Of a stretch of DNA of 64,000 bases, positions 8,938-19,215 are shown piece after piece (position 1 is the stretch's first letter; the number at the start of each line of letters is the position of its first letter). This DNA comes from Planctomycetota bacterium (lineage in GTDB: Bacteria > Planctomycetota > UBA8108 > JACQVS01), in the NCBI GenBank assembly GCA_028280485.1, contig JANQLS010000048.1, positions 5,577-69,576 on the forward strand, read 5' to 3'. Made by a program: the position numbers and the translations under genes. Below the pieces are notes generated by a model, which saw only the letters and a list, made by a program, of their open reading frames with translations, did not search any database and had not been told where the DNA came from.

Positions 8938-10419
8938 ATGGATAAGACAAAAATGATCGCACAGAAAAAAAGAATTCTTCTGACTGGAGCTACGGGATAT
9001 GTCGGTGGCCGTCTGCTCAAGGCTCTCGAAAACAAAAATTATAAGGTTCGCTGCCTTGCTCGAAAGCCCGAGTATTTACAGTCTCGGGTGAGTTCTGAGA
9101 CAGAGGTCGTCAAGGGAGATGTTTTAAACCCAGAGTCGATTGTTTCTGCCCTTAATGGAATTGATACTGCCTATTACCTGGTTCATTCGATGGGATCCAA
9201 TCGTGATTTTGTTGAAGAAGATAGAAGAGCCGCACTCATCTTTTCGAAAGCAGCAAAAGATGCTGGGGTGAAACGAATCATCTATTTAGGGGGTTTAGGG
9301 CCTAAGGAAGTGGAGTCGGCGCATCTATCCAGTCGACATGAAGTGGGGCAATTACTTAGAAGCTCGGGAGTTCCTGTCATTGAGTTCAGAGCCTCGATCA
9401 TCATCGGATCAGGAAGCTTATCTTTTGAAATGATTCGCGCCTTAGTAGAAAAACTGCCGGTCATGATTACCCCTCGATGGGTACGATCTTTAGCTCAGCC
9501 CATTTGTATTGAAGATGTCATCAGTTACTTATTAGAGTCGATTGAAATTGAAAATCATTCGAGTCAAATCGTAGAAATTGGCGGTCCTGACCGTGTCTCC
9601 TATGGAGATATCATGCTGGAGTATGCCAAGCACCGAAAACTAAAGCGTTGGATTATTCCTGTTCCCGTCTTGAGCGCCCGTCTGTCGAGCTTGTGGTTAG
9701 GTTTGGTCACCCCTCTTTATTCCAGAGTTGGGCGAATTCTAATTGAAAGTTTACGTCACGACACCTTAGTAGAGAATCCTGATACCCAGAAGTTATTTAC
9801 GGTAAAGCCGGTGGGTCTTAGTCACGCTATTGAGAGAGCCTTGACGAATGAAGATCAAGAATTTGCTGAGACACGTTGGTCAGATGCATTATCTTCTACA
9901 GGCGCCGAGAAACAATGGGGTGGAGTTTCTTTTGGATCACGACTCATTGAATCTCAAAGCATCCAAGCTCCTTGTAGTCGGTCTGATTTATTCTCTCAAG
10001 TAGAAAAAATTGGCGGAGATCACGGTTGGTTTTTCGGAAATGCGTTGTGGAAAATTAGAGCCGCTCTCGATTTTCTTGTTGGAGGCCCGGGCTTAAGACG
10101 GGGAAGGAGGCATCCACTGAATCTTGCTCCAGGAGACACCGTCGATTTTTGGCGCGTAGAAAAAATAGAAAAGAATAAACTGCTTTTACTTCAGGCAGAA
10201 ATGAAAGTACCTGGCCGAGCGTGGTTACAATTTGAAGTCGAGCCGTCTGGGAATGGATCCAAAATTCGGCAAACAGCTATTTTCGATCCTGTCGGTTTGT
10301 TTGCCTATATCTATTGGTACAGTTTATTCCCCTTGCACAAGATTGTGTTTTCTGGAATGTTGCGAGAAATCGCTAAAGCAGCTACTCAAAAACTACAGGA
10401 TGAGACGGGAGAAAAATGA
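8938..10419 (+). CDS. NAD(P)-binding SDR-family oxidoreductase with DUF2867 domain (YbjT-like)
   Basis: ILLTGATGYVGGRL, YYLVHSM, HLSSRHEVG, IIGSGSLSFEMIR. C-terminal GG..GW...LW..R...DFWRVE...AEMKVPGRAWLQF. Start uncertain (8911/8938/8953). Confidence 0.9.
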   Translation: MDKTKMIAQKKRILLTGATGYVGGRLLKALENKNYKVRCLARKPEYLQSRVSSETEVVKGDVLNPESIVSALNGIDTAYYLVHSMGSNRDFVEEDRRAALIFSKAAKDAGVKRIIYLGGLGPKEVESAHLSSRHEVGQLLRSSGVPVIEFRASIIIGSGSLSFEMIRALVEKLPVMITPRWVRSLAQPICIEDVISYLLESIEIENHSSQIVEIGGPDRVSYGDIMLEYAKHRKLKRWIIPVPVLSARLSSLWLGLVTPLYSRVGRILIESLRHDTLVENPDTQKLFTVKPVGLSHAIERALTNEDQEFAETRWSDALSSTGAEKQWGGVSFGSRLIESQSIQAPCSRSDLFSQVEKIGGDHGWFFGNALWKIRAALDFLVGGPGLRRGRRHPLNLAPGDTVDFWRVEKIEKNKLLLLQAEMKVPGRAWLQFEVEPSGNGSKIRQTAIFDPVGLFAYIYWYSLFPLHKIVFSGMLREIAKAATQKLQDETGEK

Positions 10420-10456
10420 TCCAGAGCAGTGTCTGGTAATAGAGTGAACAAATGAA

Positions 10457-11923
10457 ATGAGTCAAGCTGCCCTTATCTATCCTCATCAGCTTTTTAAAGA
10501 ACATCCTGCTTTTAATCTTTGTGAAAAATTTTATTTAATCGAAGATCCTCTATTCTTTCGTCAGTACAAGTTTCATAAACAAAAGCTGATCCTTCATAGA
10601 GCCACAATGAAGATGTATAGTGATTACCTCACCAGCAAGGGGAAGGTGGTTAGCTATGTGTCGGCGTTTGAGATTCAACGGTCCGAAGAAATTTTCAATT
10701 TATTGGGCGATTGCAAAGAAGCTATTTACGTCAATGTCGATGACTGTTGGCTGGAGAGACGGCTTGAAAAAGGTGCAAAAAGCCGATCGATTGATCTAAA
10801 TGCATTAGATTCTCCTCTCTTCATATCTGATCTTGAATCTTGTAGGGCGTTTTTTAAGAAGAAAAAAAAGTTCTTTATGGGCTCTTTTTATCAAGAGCAA
10901 AGAAAGCGTTTTAATATTTTACTCGACGGAAAGGGGCCCGTTGGGGGCAAGTGGAGTTATGATTCTGAAAATAGAAAAAAGCTTCCTAAAAATATAGCAG
11001 TTCCGACTCTCCCCAAGCATCGGGTTAATAATTATCTAAAGGAAGCAAAGGAGTATGTGGCTCAATATTTTCCCGATAATCCGGGGAATGGAGATACGTT
11101 TGTTTATCCGATTACTTTTAAGCAAGCAAGAAACTGGCTGACTTCTTTTTTAGAGCAAAGATTTCGTTTCTATGGTGATTACCAGGATGCGATTGCCAAG
11201 GATGAAACCTACTTATTTCATTCTGTACTGACCCCTGTATTGAACATAGGGATTTTAACCCCTCATGAAATTATCGAGCATACTCTTAATTATGCTGAGT
11301 CTAATGAGCTCCCCCTAAACTCTTTAGAGGGATTTATTCGACAAATCATCGGCTGGAGAGAGTATGTTCGAACCGTCTACGATATGAAGGGGGTTGAAGA
11401 GCGGACAAAGAACTTTTGGAATCATAGCAGGAAAATTCCAGATTCCTTTTGGACTGCGAGCACGGGAATCGAGCCTGTTGATGTCGTCATTCAAAGAGTT
11501 TTAGACTCGGGCTATTCTCATCATATTGAAAGACTAATGGTACTTGGGAACTTCATGTTACTCTGCGAATTTGACCCGGATGAGGTCTATCGTTGGTTCA
11601 TGGAGTTATTTATAGATTCATATGACTGGGTCATGGTTCCAAATGTCTATGGTATGAGTCAATATGCCGATGGTGGATTGATGTCAACTAAGCCATATAT
11701 AAGCTCATCGAACTACATAAAGAAGATGAGCGACTTTCGAACCGATTCATGGTGTGAAATCTGGGATGGCCTCTATTGGCGATTTATCCATAAACATAGA
11801 AATTTCTTTTCTAAAAATCCTCGTTTATCGATGATGGTTCACCAACTTAATAAAATGACAGATCAAAAGTTAAAACAACATTTGATAAAGGCGAACGAGT
11901 TTCTTTCTGAGTTAGATAATTAG
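10457..11923 (+). CDS. Cryptochrome/photolyase-related protein (bacterial BCP/PhrB-like class)
   Basis: LIYPHQLF, FHKQKL..HRA.M, GGKWSYDSENRKK, LFHS, EGFIRQIIGWREY, HHIERLM, DSYDWVMVPNVYGMSQYADGG...TKPY. Confidence 0.92.
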   Translation: MSQAALIYPHQLFKEHPAFNLCEKFYLIEDPLFFRQYKFHKQKLILHRATMKMYSDYLTSKGKVVSYVSAFEIQRSEEIFNLLGDCKEAIYVNVDDCWLERRLEKGAKSRSIDLNALDSPLFISDLESCRAFFKKKKKFFMGSFYQEQRKRFNILLDGKGPVGGKWSYDSENRKKLPKNIAVPTLPKHRVNNYLKEAKEYVAQYFPDNPGNGDTFVYPITFKQARNWLTSFLEQRFRFYGDYQDAIAKDETYLFHSVLTPVLNIGILTPHEIIEHTLNYAESNELPLNSLEGFIRQIIGWREYVRTVYDMKGVEERTKNFWNHSRKIPDSFWTASTGIEPVDVVIQRVLDSGYSHHIERLMVLGNFMLLCEFDPDEVYRWFMELFIDSYDWVMVPNVYGMSQYADGGLMSTKPYISSSNYIKKMSDFRTDSWCEIWDGLYWRFIHKHRNFFSKNPRLSMMVHQLNKMTDQKLKQHLIKANEFLSELDN

Positions 11924-11952
11924 TTCCTGTTGAATAAACAGGAACTAATTAG
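11917..11952. repeat. Palindromic MITE/REP-like remnant between convergent genes
   Basis: TAATTAGTTCCTGTT-GAATA-AACAGGAACTAATTAG. The same sequence forms the ends of 22972-23140. Confidence 0.75.
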
Positions 11953-12383
11953 TTTTTGGATAGAACCATATTCAAAGTGATGCATCCTCTTGCGGTCCAG
12001 GCAAGAGTACGAATCCAATTAGATCGAATAAGTTGTTGGATCAGGGCGGTGTCATAGCCCTTAGAAAGTTTTTGATGCAAGGGTACTTGCCACAAAAACG
12101 TAGAAAACCAAATGATGAGTAAGAGGGAAAAGCCAGCAATAGAACTTTCGATGGTTATAAAGCTGGGTCTCTGAAGCACTAAAAGTAATCCCGTTGCTAA
12201 CTCAGTTAACATTAATGGGGCAACTACGATAGAAGTTCGAGATTGATGCGAAACTTCATATTCTTTGAAGTTGAGCTCACCTACTTTCAGAAATAGAGGG
12301 TAGTGAACGATCTGCACAAACCAAATGAGGCCTATCGATGCGATCGTAGTCAGAAAGTGAGCCCAAAGAATTAAGTCTAGCAT
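11949..12383 (-). CDS. Four-TM membrane protein
   Basis: GLIWFVQIVHYPLF...VAPLMLTE...QVPLH..L...SNWIRTLAWTARG conserved-hypothetical pattern. Confidence 0.85.
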   Translation of the reverse strand: MLDLILWAHFLTTIASIGLIWFVQIVHYPLFLKVGELNFKEYEVSHQSRTSIVVAPLMLTELATGLLLVLQRPSFITIESSIAGFSLLLIIWFSTFLWQVPLHQKLSKGYDTALIQQLIRSNWIRTLAWTARGCITLNMVLSKN

Positions 12384-12496
12384 GTGATAATTTAACTATA
12401 GAGATTCTACTTCAACCTGAATTCTTTGGTCTATTAGATCAGTTAAGGTGAGCTGCTTAATCCTTCGTACGTTGTTGGTCGAGCCAATCAAAATAG

Positions 12497-12871
12497 TTAG
12501 GCTTCACTTGAGATGTTTTTTCTTGCTTGAATGAATGAATTGATACAAAGAAGAAGGAAGGCTAAGGAAACGATGGAGGCTGACAACAGCATTATGCTTC
12601 CCAGTTTCCATTCAAAATTTTCCTTTGTAATTAACATTCCTAATCTTCCAGCAGGGAGAATGAAACCAAGCAAGCCAAGAACTGAAGCAGCATGGAGAGC
12701 ATGTTTTCTCTTTTGAGGCTGGTTAGCAATCCATCCACATAGAGAGATAAGAAATCCAATAAATGCAGGAATTAATGCCGTAATCGCTTTTGCTTCAAAG
12801 CCAGCAGCGGCAAACCCTCCAAAACCAATTATAATCAGGATCAATCCAGTAAAGATCGCAGCTTTAGACAT
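12497..12871 (-). CDS. Small Gly-rich membrane protein
   Basis: Four hydrophobic helices. TALIPAFIG...RKHALH...CINSFIQARK. Confidence 0.85.
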   Translation of the reverse strand: MSKAAIFTGLILIIIGFGGFAAAGFEAKAITALIPAFIGFLISLCGWIANQPQKRKHALHAASVLGLLGFILPAGRLGMLITKENFEWKLGSIMLLSASIVSLAFLLLCINSFIQARKNISSEA

Positions 12872-12880
12872 TGTTAGGCC

Positions 12881-13675
12881 TCATAAAGTTAAGGATTTTT
12901 GTTGATTCGAACTCGTCTTTTTTTCTTTTGGAGGTCTTGCTTTTAAGCTCGATAGTCCTCCGTCTACTGCCCAAACTTGCCCTGTAACCCAGCTGCTTTC
13001 AGGACCTAAGAGCCATGTGACCATTGAAGCGATATCTTTGGGAGTACCCAATCGTCCCAATGGATGAAGAGCGGTCGAGGCCCTGGCGACAATCTTGTTC
13101 TCAAAAAGATGGTTTGTCATCGGTGTCATAGTGAGCCCTGGAGCCACTGCGTTAACTCGAATATTTGAAGAAACGTAGGTGGCTGCAGCAGAAATGGTTA
13201 ATCCTGATATGGCAGCTTTTACAGCTCCAATCGTTTCATGATTGGGTAGCCCAATTTGTGCTGCAGCTGAAGAGATTAATACTATGGATCCTCCATTTTC
13301 TTTCAAGACACGATGAGCTGATCTGACTGTTGCGAATGCCGTAGTAAGATTGGACTCAACCGTTTGGAAATACTCCTGCTGGGTGGTTTGGTGAGCTGGT
13401 TTCAGTAAGAGTGAACCTGCACAATTTACTACTCCTGAAACAGAAAGTCCAAGGTTTTGAACCTGCTCAAACAAAGAGTCGACTTCCTCAAACTTAGACG
13501 CATCTGCCTTTATTGAGATCGCACCAAGTTCTTCTTCGAGTTGTTTTAGGCTTTGTTCTCGTCGAGCACTGGCTACAATTTTGGCGCCATGAGAATGAAG
13601 TTTTCTGCAAACCTCAGATCCGATGCCACCACTTGCTCCTAAGACTATATAAAGAGGAGGGGTAAACTCACTCAT
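12881..13675 (-). CDS. SDR family oxidoreductase
   Basis: GASGGIG, VNCAGS, NLTTAF, IRVNAVAPG, HPLGRLGTP.D...WVTGQV..VDGG. The catalytic Tyr position reads HETIGAVK. Confidence 0.92.
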   Translation of the reverse strand: MSEFTPPLYIVLGASGGIGSEVCRKLHSHGAKIVASARREQSLKQLEEELGAISIKADASKFEEVDSLFEQVQNLGLSVSGVVNCAGSLLLKPAHQTTQQEYFQTVESNLTTAFATVRSAHRVLKENGGSIVLISSAAAQIGLPNHETIGAVKAAISGLTISAAATYVSSNIRVNAVAPGLTMTPMTNHLFENKIVARASTALHPLGRLGTPKDIASMVTWLLGPESSWVTGQVWAVDGGLSSLKARPPKEKKTSSNQQKSLTL

Positions 13676-13893
13676 TGATTCGTTCCTGACAATACTCGTT
13701 GAGGTACGGATGGTTCTACCTTAGGTTTTGTGGATACCGCTGTCTTTTTGTTTGCAATCTTTTTCTGTTCCTTGGCATATTCAGTCTGTTTGTAATACTC
13801 ATTCGCACGAGCAATTCCATTTAAGACGATCAATGTGATTACAAAACCAAAAACAAAGATTCCAATTAATGTTCCGCCGATGGAGTCGAACAC
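13672..13893 (-). CDS. Small single-TM protein
   Basis: 73 aa, GGAG RBS, overlaps the SDR start (operonic). Confidence 0.6.
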   Translation of the reverse strand: MFDSIGGTLIGIFVFGFVITLIVLNGIARANEYYKQTEYAKEQKKIANKKTAVSTKPKVEPSVPQRVLSGTNQ

Positions 13894-13894
13894 T

Positions 13895-14122
13895 TTAATT
13901 CTCCTTTCTCATTGAGAGTTTTATTCCTACCCAAAGTGAAAGGATGGAGGGCACCCAAATACCCACGAAAATTCCATAGTCATGATTCACTAAAAACCAA
14001 AGAGAAACGCTTACGACAAAGCTTAATAGCGCAGAGATGAGGAACGGATAGTCGTAACTTTCAAAGAGTCCATCACGTTCTGCTGTTTCCTCGGTTTTTG
14101 ATTGCCCGTTTATAATTTCCAT
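13895..14122 (-). CDS. Small two-TM protein
   Basis: SFVVSVSLWF.....GIFVGIWVPSILSL motif. First gene of the minus-strand operon. Confidence 0.75.
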   Translation of the reverse strand: MEIINGQSKTEETAERDGLFESYDYPFLISALLSFVVSVSLWFLVNHDYGIFVGIWVPSILSLWVGIKLSMRKEN

Positions 14123-14711
14123 AATAAAGCTCGCAAAGTTTGATTAAATTTAGTTTGGAGAAAGCCTGAATAATTCCATCCTTCATTTAGGATTTGGAGG
14201 TATTCAAAGCCATCTGGACGATCGTATTGTTTAATCAAAGTTCGTAAATGCCGTCGATCTATTACAAATTAAATAGCTGAATTTATCGGTAATATAAGGT
14301 TAAAAGAGGTGGGTGTATTTGAGGCAATTAAACACCAATTGAGTAAAACCGTATTTAAATCTTAAGATTAACTGAAATATTTAAGCTGATCTTTTATGGT
14401 CATCGGGATATTTAAGTCGATGCATACGACTAACGTTTGTTGAGAGCTGGCGTGAGGAGGCTTCAAGGTTAAAGCTTTCTTGTTGGTAATTGCGGTAGCT
14501 CGTACTTTTCTTGACACATTGTCACTAACTAGGGCTAAACAGAATGAGTGACCGTCATTGGCGACGAGAAAGGACCCAACTCACCGATCTTTAGAGTCGA
14601 CGACGGTGGCTGCGGAATTTAATCATGAAGACGTTAGGGAGAGGTAGTTAGCTGCTAAGGAATTTCTTGTTTCTGGGAATTCCTGTAAAGAGTAGTGCTA
14701 ACTATCGCATT

Positions 14712-15047
14712 TTAAAACCGCTTCCTCGTCGGATCGTAATACCAATTCTCAAAGAGCCTGAGCGTTTGCTCATCTCCTTCACTGAAGGCGATGACTAACT
14801 TTTCTACTGATTCTTGAGGGATGTTTTCAACCCAGTAGCGGTCTGAATCATTGGCGCCGATGTCTCCCCATGTGACGTGATTGATGCAGGGATCAATTAT
14901 CAGCGATTTATTGTTCTTGCTTATGAATTCTAAATTGATTCCAGATGACCAATTTGAATCTTTAAGCAAGCTGTCGGCATGCCTCAATATTTTGATACAG
15001 TCTTCTGGGTTATCTGAGCTTAAAGTTACGCTTTCGAAATTACTCAT
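14712..15047 (-). CDS. Hypothetical protein
   Basis: 111-aa ORF overlapping the stop of the upstream gene. Confidence 0.7.
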   Translation of the reverse strand: MSNFESVTLSSDNPEDCIKILRHADSLLKDSNWSSGINLEFISKNNKSLIIDPCINHVTWGDIGANDSDRYWVENIPQESVEKLVIAFSEGDEQTLRLFENWYYDPTRKRF

Positions 15048-15963
15048 CTTTTAGAAGCTTCTCATCGGAAGCATAAAATTGGAGAGACTTTGCTAAGTGG
15101 GGATACGTTGCGGCCCAGACTTCATCGAAGACAATTACCTGGGAGTAGATTGCTCGAACTTGGGAATCATAATCCTCTTCACCTGCAAATTTTCCATCGT
15201 TCGTATCCAAATGGAGTTGGTAAATATGTTTCGAGCTCCACCCCTCAGTCCAGTTATAACCATGAGGGCATGAACTGCGTTTTTTGTTTGCTATCGCTTT
15301 TAAAGCATCCAGCCAATTATTGGTAGATTCAGTTAACTCCGTTAATTCTTCTAACATTTCTTTGGCTTCGATATTTTTCAAAGAACCATAGGCTTCAACG
15401 GCTGCTTTGAAATTCTCAAGCTTTATTCCTGGGCAAATCACTTCATCCCATTTTTGCGAGTTTTTTAGCCGGGTGGGGGCGTGCACATAGAGATAAGTGC
15501 ACGGTTCTAAATTTTGAGGAGTAAAGCCTGCAGGAAGAATGTCTCCGTGCCTTAAGAAGGCACACTTGTTTAGATTTTGATCAAGAAAACTGTTGTTTAA
15601 GAAATAATATCTAAGGTCGAATTTCCCGTCATTGGTTCTTATTTCTACACCATGGGAATTAACAGTTATCCCATTCTTCGCATTCAAGTGATGTAAAAAA
15701 ATGTTTATAAGTTCTGAATGTGATTGTGGGGTTGGTATTTGGTACTCAATAATTTCATTAAAGAAATCATCAAGGATCTCTATTTCTTGGCATATATTCC
15801 TTTCGCAAAAAGTGCCGTTTAGCTGTTGATGGTTTTTAGCTTCGTATATTCGAATCTTCCAGAAATATTGGAATAATGACAGTAATGTGTTTTTCTTGTA
15901 GTTTATAGAGCTTCTACCGGCTGGAAGACCATAGGGACTCCGAAAAATAAGCGAGATCGACAT
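15040..15963 (-). CDS. Hypothetical protein
   Basis: 307 aa. N-terminal FRSPY..P.G and C-terminal FDEVWAATYPHLAKSL..YA motifs. Confidence 0.8.
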   Translation of the reverse strand: MSISLIFRSPYGLPAGRSSINYKKNTLLSLFQYFWKIRIYEAKNHQQLNGTFCERNICQEIEILDDFFNEIIEYQIPTPQSHSELINIFLHHLNAKNGITVNSHGVEIRTNDGKFDLRYYFLNNSFLDQNLNKCAFLRHGDILPAGFTPQNLEPCTYLYVHAPTRLKNSQKWDEVICPGIKLENFKAAVEAYGSLKNIEAKEMLEELTELTESTNNWLDALKAIANKKRSSCPHGYNWTEGWSSKHIYQLHLDTNDGKFAGEEDYDSQVRAIYSQVIVFDEVWAATYPHLAKSLQFYASDEKLLKDE

Positions 15964-16059
15964 TGATTAAACAAGGTAGATTCCTTGTTCGGCTGGAGAG
16001 AGAAATAAAGCACAGCTTCAATTTCTGTCTGTTCACTTGCTGTAGTTAGTAGTTTAACT

Positions 16060-17739
16060 TTATGAGCTTCTAAGCAGTCGGTAAATCTTGTCTACCGGTT
16101 CATCTAATGAAATATCCTCAAACAAAACCTCTGAAGAACGATCGTACTCACACTCTTCAATTGCAAATTCGATGAGCTCAAAATACTCTTCATCTTTTTC
16201 TGGGTCCAATGTCTTTTTAATTTTTTCTAAAAATGGTTTTGCTTCAGGAAACGAACCGGCTCGGATAAGAGTGTAGATGGCTACTTTGATCTGTTCTCTA
16301 TCATTTGATTTTAAAATATCGAGTAGAAACTGATTCAGACACGACTTCACTTTTGGGTCTGTTTCCATTTCAAAGTAAACGACGCCTTCAGTATATTCCG
16401 AACCAAATGCAGAGTCTTTAATATAAGATTTTAATCGATTACAGAAATCAGGGATTGGGATCCTTGTTCTGAGAAGATACCAAAATACGGCTTCCGTTAA
16501 GTCTTGAGATTTCGATGATATTGCCAAATCGAAGACCTCAGGAATAAGGTCCTTCCCGTGTTCTTTAAGTTGTTCTAATGCCTGAAGGGCAGCGATTGCA
16601 ATTTGAGTATCCTTATCGTGAATGTACTTCTTTAATAGCTTTAAGACTTCATTTCTTTTCGATTTAAAGACTCCTAAGCAGTAAATTGCATTTTGTTTTG
16701 CTGTTCTATTTTCGTTAGAGCATTCGGCTAAGCAAAACTTAAAAAATGCTTCTTCATCTACCCGAGTCAATGAATAGGATAATCCATCCAGGTTTAAATG
16801 GTTTTTTGTGTTTCTAATGACTTTAAAAATATCAGGAAGGATCGGTTTGGCTGAAGGACCTAATGCGGAAAGAATAGGTTCTAATAAATAAAGATTTATG
16901 GTTTTCTTTGAAAGCTCACTTAAAAGCTCTTTTGTAAAACTTAGCAGCTTAGGATGGCTTGGAGAGATTTTCTGTAAGAGAATGATGAGATTCACTTTTT
17001 CAGATTGGTGAGCTCTTTCAAAACTCTGAATAATATCGGGGATGAGTTCAGAAGCTTGAGATTTGAAACTACCTAACAATGAATACAAATGCTTTTTGAT
17101 GTAGTAGTTATTTTCATTTTTACGAAATTGTTGGATGGCCGTTTTTAAAATCTTAGACTTGAACTTCTCAATACTTTTTGGCTGAAACCAAGCTAGTTTA
17201 GCCAGCAGCTTTACGGACGTCTCATACCTTCTTCGAGATTGCTTAGCTGGTGTTTGAGCACTTCCACCCTGAAAGATTTGATAAACATTTGGAAGGACAA
17301 CCGACAGATCAGAGTCAAATTCAAGTAGTGTACTTAGAATGAACTCATGATCCGTATTCTCATCTTTCAAGGCATCGGCTAATAAAGGCAAAGCGTCTGG
17401 GCCGAGGCGAGCTACTAACTTTCTTCGATTAGACAAAATACCTAAAATCGTACCGATGCTTCCTCGAGCTGGATTGTCTTTCAAATACTTCAACAAATGA
17501 GGTACGACTCTTTCACATTTACGGTGAATGAGGATGGCGAGGAGAGCTGGATGTGATTTGTCGATGTTCTCGTTTAAAAGAGAAAGCAGTTCGTCATTAG
17601 ACTTTGATTCAAAGAGCTTCTTGTAATCCTTTGTTACCTTTTCTCCTGATTTAGAAAATTCACCAGGATTGAAAACCGTGCAAAGAATTAATGCAGTTGA
17701 TATTAGAGATGTTTTAAGGCGCATAACAAATCGAATCAA
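16060..17739 (-). CDS. Exported HEAT-repeat protein
   Basis: Signal-like N-terminus (likely start 17724). Repeated LG..A...LP.L helical units. Confidence 0.82.
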   Translation of the reverse strand: MIRFVMRLKTSLISTALILCTVFNPGEFSKSGEKVTKDYKKLFESKSNDELLSLLNENIDKSHPALLAILIHRKCERVVPHLLKYLKDNPARGSIGTILGILSNRRKLVARLGPDALPLLADALKDENTDHEFILSTLLEFDSDLSVVLPNVYQIFQGGSAQTPAKQSRRRYETSVKLLAKLAWFQPKSIEKFKSKILKTAIQQFRKNENNYYIKKHLYSLLGSFKSQASELIPDIIQSFERAHQSEKVNLIILLQKISPSHPKLLSFTKELLSELSKKTINLYLLEPILSALGPSAKPILPDIFKVIRNTKNHLNLDGLSYSLTRVDEEAFFKFCLAECSNENRTAKQNAIYCLGVFKSKRNEVLKLLKKYIHDKDTQIAIAALQALEQLKEHGKDLIPEVFDLAISSKSQDLTEAVFWYLLRTRIPIPDFCNRLKSYIKDSAFGSEYTEGVVYFEMETDPKVKSCLNQFLLDILKSNDREQIKVAIYTLIRAGSFPEAKPFLEKIKKTLDPEKDEEYFELIEFAIEECEYDRSSEVLFEDISLDEPVDKIYRLLRSS

Positions 17740-17856
17740 GAATAGCGTTCTAAGACCATATTTAAGTTTGGAGCTTTATACTAACCTATTTTTCGGTTCT
17801 GAAGAACTTAATGTTATTTAAAGTTTTGTAGGGTGCATTTAAAATTTGCGATATCA

Positions 17857-17924
17857 TTATCGTTTTGAATCCTTGTACCAATTTTAATGAAATAAAGTCA
17901 AAGATGGGCTCATGAAGGGGAAGG
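17857..17924 (+). repeat. ~68-bp intergenic motif, copy 1
   Basis: Aligns with 36734-36800. Identical core TAATGAAATAAAGTCA. Confidence 0.7.
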
Positions 17925-17973
17925 AAAAATCGTTGTTATGGATGCTCTTTGTGAGCAATGACATGAGACTGAT

Positions 17974-18705
17974 ATGATGAACCAATTAAAAATGAGCGTT
18001 AAGATTCTCTTATGCCTGGTGATCTATCATCAGTCTACCACCGCTCAGCCTTGTGATTGTCCCATCCCCATTGAGCTTGAACACGCTTTGATGTCTGCGG
18101 ATTCTTTTATTTTGGGGGAAATTCAAAGTTCAACAATCGAAGAAAAGAAGAATATTGTTACAGTCGAAGTTGAGGCTATTTGGAAAGGTCCAATCCTGAA
18201 TGAACTAGAAGTGAGCTATTTACTTACAGATTGTCGTTTGGATTTTAAAATCGGAGAGAAATACATTATTGATTCCAGGTTGATTGACGGGAGCTATCAG
18301 ACATTTAATTGTACTTACACCGAAAAGTTTTCAGAAGGTCTACTCGACCGTTACCCGCCACCCTGTGTGAGTGGAGAAGAGATCCTTACTACAAATAAAG
18401 TGGATTGTGAATTTCCTTATCGATTTATAAGGGGAGATATAAATGAGGATGGGCTTGCCGATATTTCTGATGTCATTATTTCTTTAGAATATATGTTTAT
18501 CGCAAATGAAAATATCCTTAATTGCATGGATGCCGTAGATTTTGATGATAGCGGCTCAATTGATCTAACGGATCCAATATACTTGCTTGAACACTTTTTC
18601 TTTGGATCTCAAGCTCTTCCACAACCCTTTCCCAATTGTGGAGTGGAAGACAGTCATGATTTTCTGTCACCTTGCCTTGATCATAGTGCGGTTTGTAGGG
18701 ATTGA
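17974..18705 (+). CDS. Secreted TIMP/NTR-like domain plus dockerin-like domain protein
   Basis: Signal peptide, CDC...AD.F.GE...VE.IWKG...C...FK.GEKYII...C, then FIRGDINEDG..DISD...CMDAVDFDDSGSIDLTDP. Confidence 0.8.
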   Translation: MMNQLKMSVKILLCLVIYHQSTTAQPCDCPIPIELEHALMSADSFILGEIQSSTIEEKKNIVTVEVEAIWKGPILNELEVSYLLTDCRLDFKIGEKYIIDSRLIDGSYQTFNCTYTEKFSEGLLDRYPPPCVSGEEILTTNKVDCEFPYRFIRGDINEDGLADISDVIISLEYMFIANENILNCMDAVDFDDSGSIDLTDPIYLLEHFFFGSQALPQPFPNCGVEDSHDFLSPCLDHSAVCRD

Positions 18706-18733
18706 TTGTGGGAATTTGTTTTGGAGGAGATGA

Positions 18734-19075
18734 ATGTTCTTCAGTAAATGGAGTATGTCTGTTATCGGGAAAATATTGAAAACGACTTCAATTTTAGTGA
18801 CCCTGATGTGTCTACAGGGATGCTCGACCTTGTTTTCATTATATGATTCGATAGATCCAATCCATCCTGCTACCTATGGTGGGACTCGCCGAAACATAAA
18901 TTTGTGGGGGAGGAAAAATCGATATATTGCCACTTGGATAAGTAATACAACGACAGTAATCGATTTCCCGTTCTCATTAGCTTTGGATACTTTAGTTTTA
19001 CCGATTACTGTTCCTGTCGATCTGTATCATGGTGAAGAGTACTATGAGCAGTTTAAGGATGTGTATTATTATTAA
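18734..19075 (+). CDS. YceK/YidQ-family (DUF1375) lipoprotein
   Basis: LQGC lipobox, YGGTR, DFPFSLALDTLVLP. Confidence 0.85.
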   Translation: MFFSKWSMSVIGKILKTTSILVTLMCLQGCSTLFSLYDSIDPIHPATYGGTRRNINLWGRKNRYIATWISNTTTVIDFPFSLALDTLVLPITVPVDLYHGEEYYEQFKDVYYY

Positions 19076-19215
19076 AAGTGATCGCTCAAGCTCATATTCA
19101 TGTCCATTCTCCACTCAGTTCGTTGGCTAAAAGATAGGATTTGATAATTGTCCGTCAAAAAAGTTTAAGATACATTGGGAAGATTAAATCAAAATATTCA
19201 GTGGAGGCTTATCAG

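Noticed and set aside
14123-14711. Riboswitch, ncRNA or attC in the 590-bp gap (CTAACGT...ACGTTAG ends)
   Set aside because: No recognisable RNA motif or internal L-box pairing. Short broken minus-strand frames suggest a decayed gene instead.
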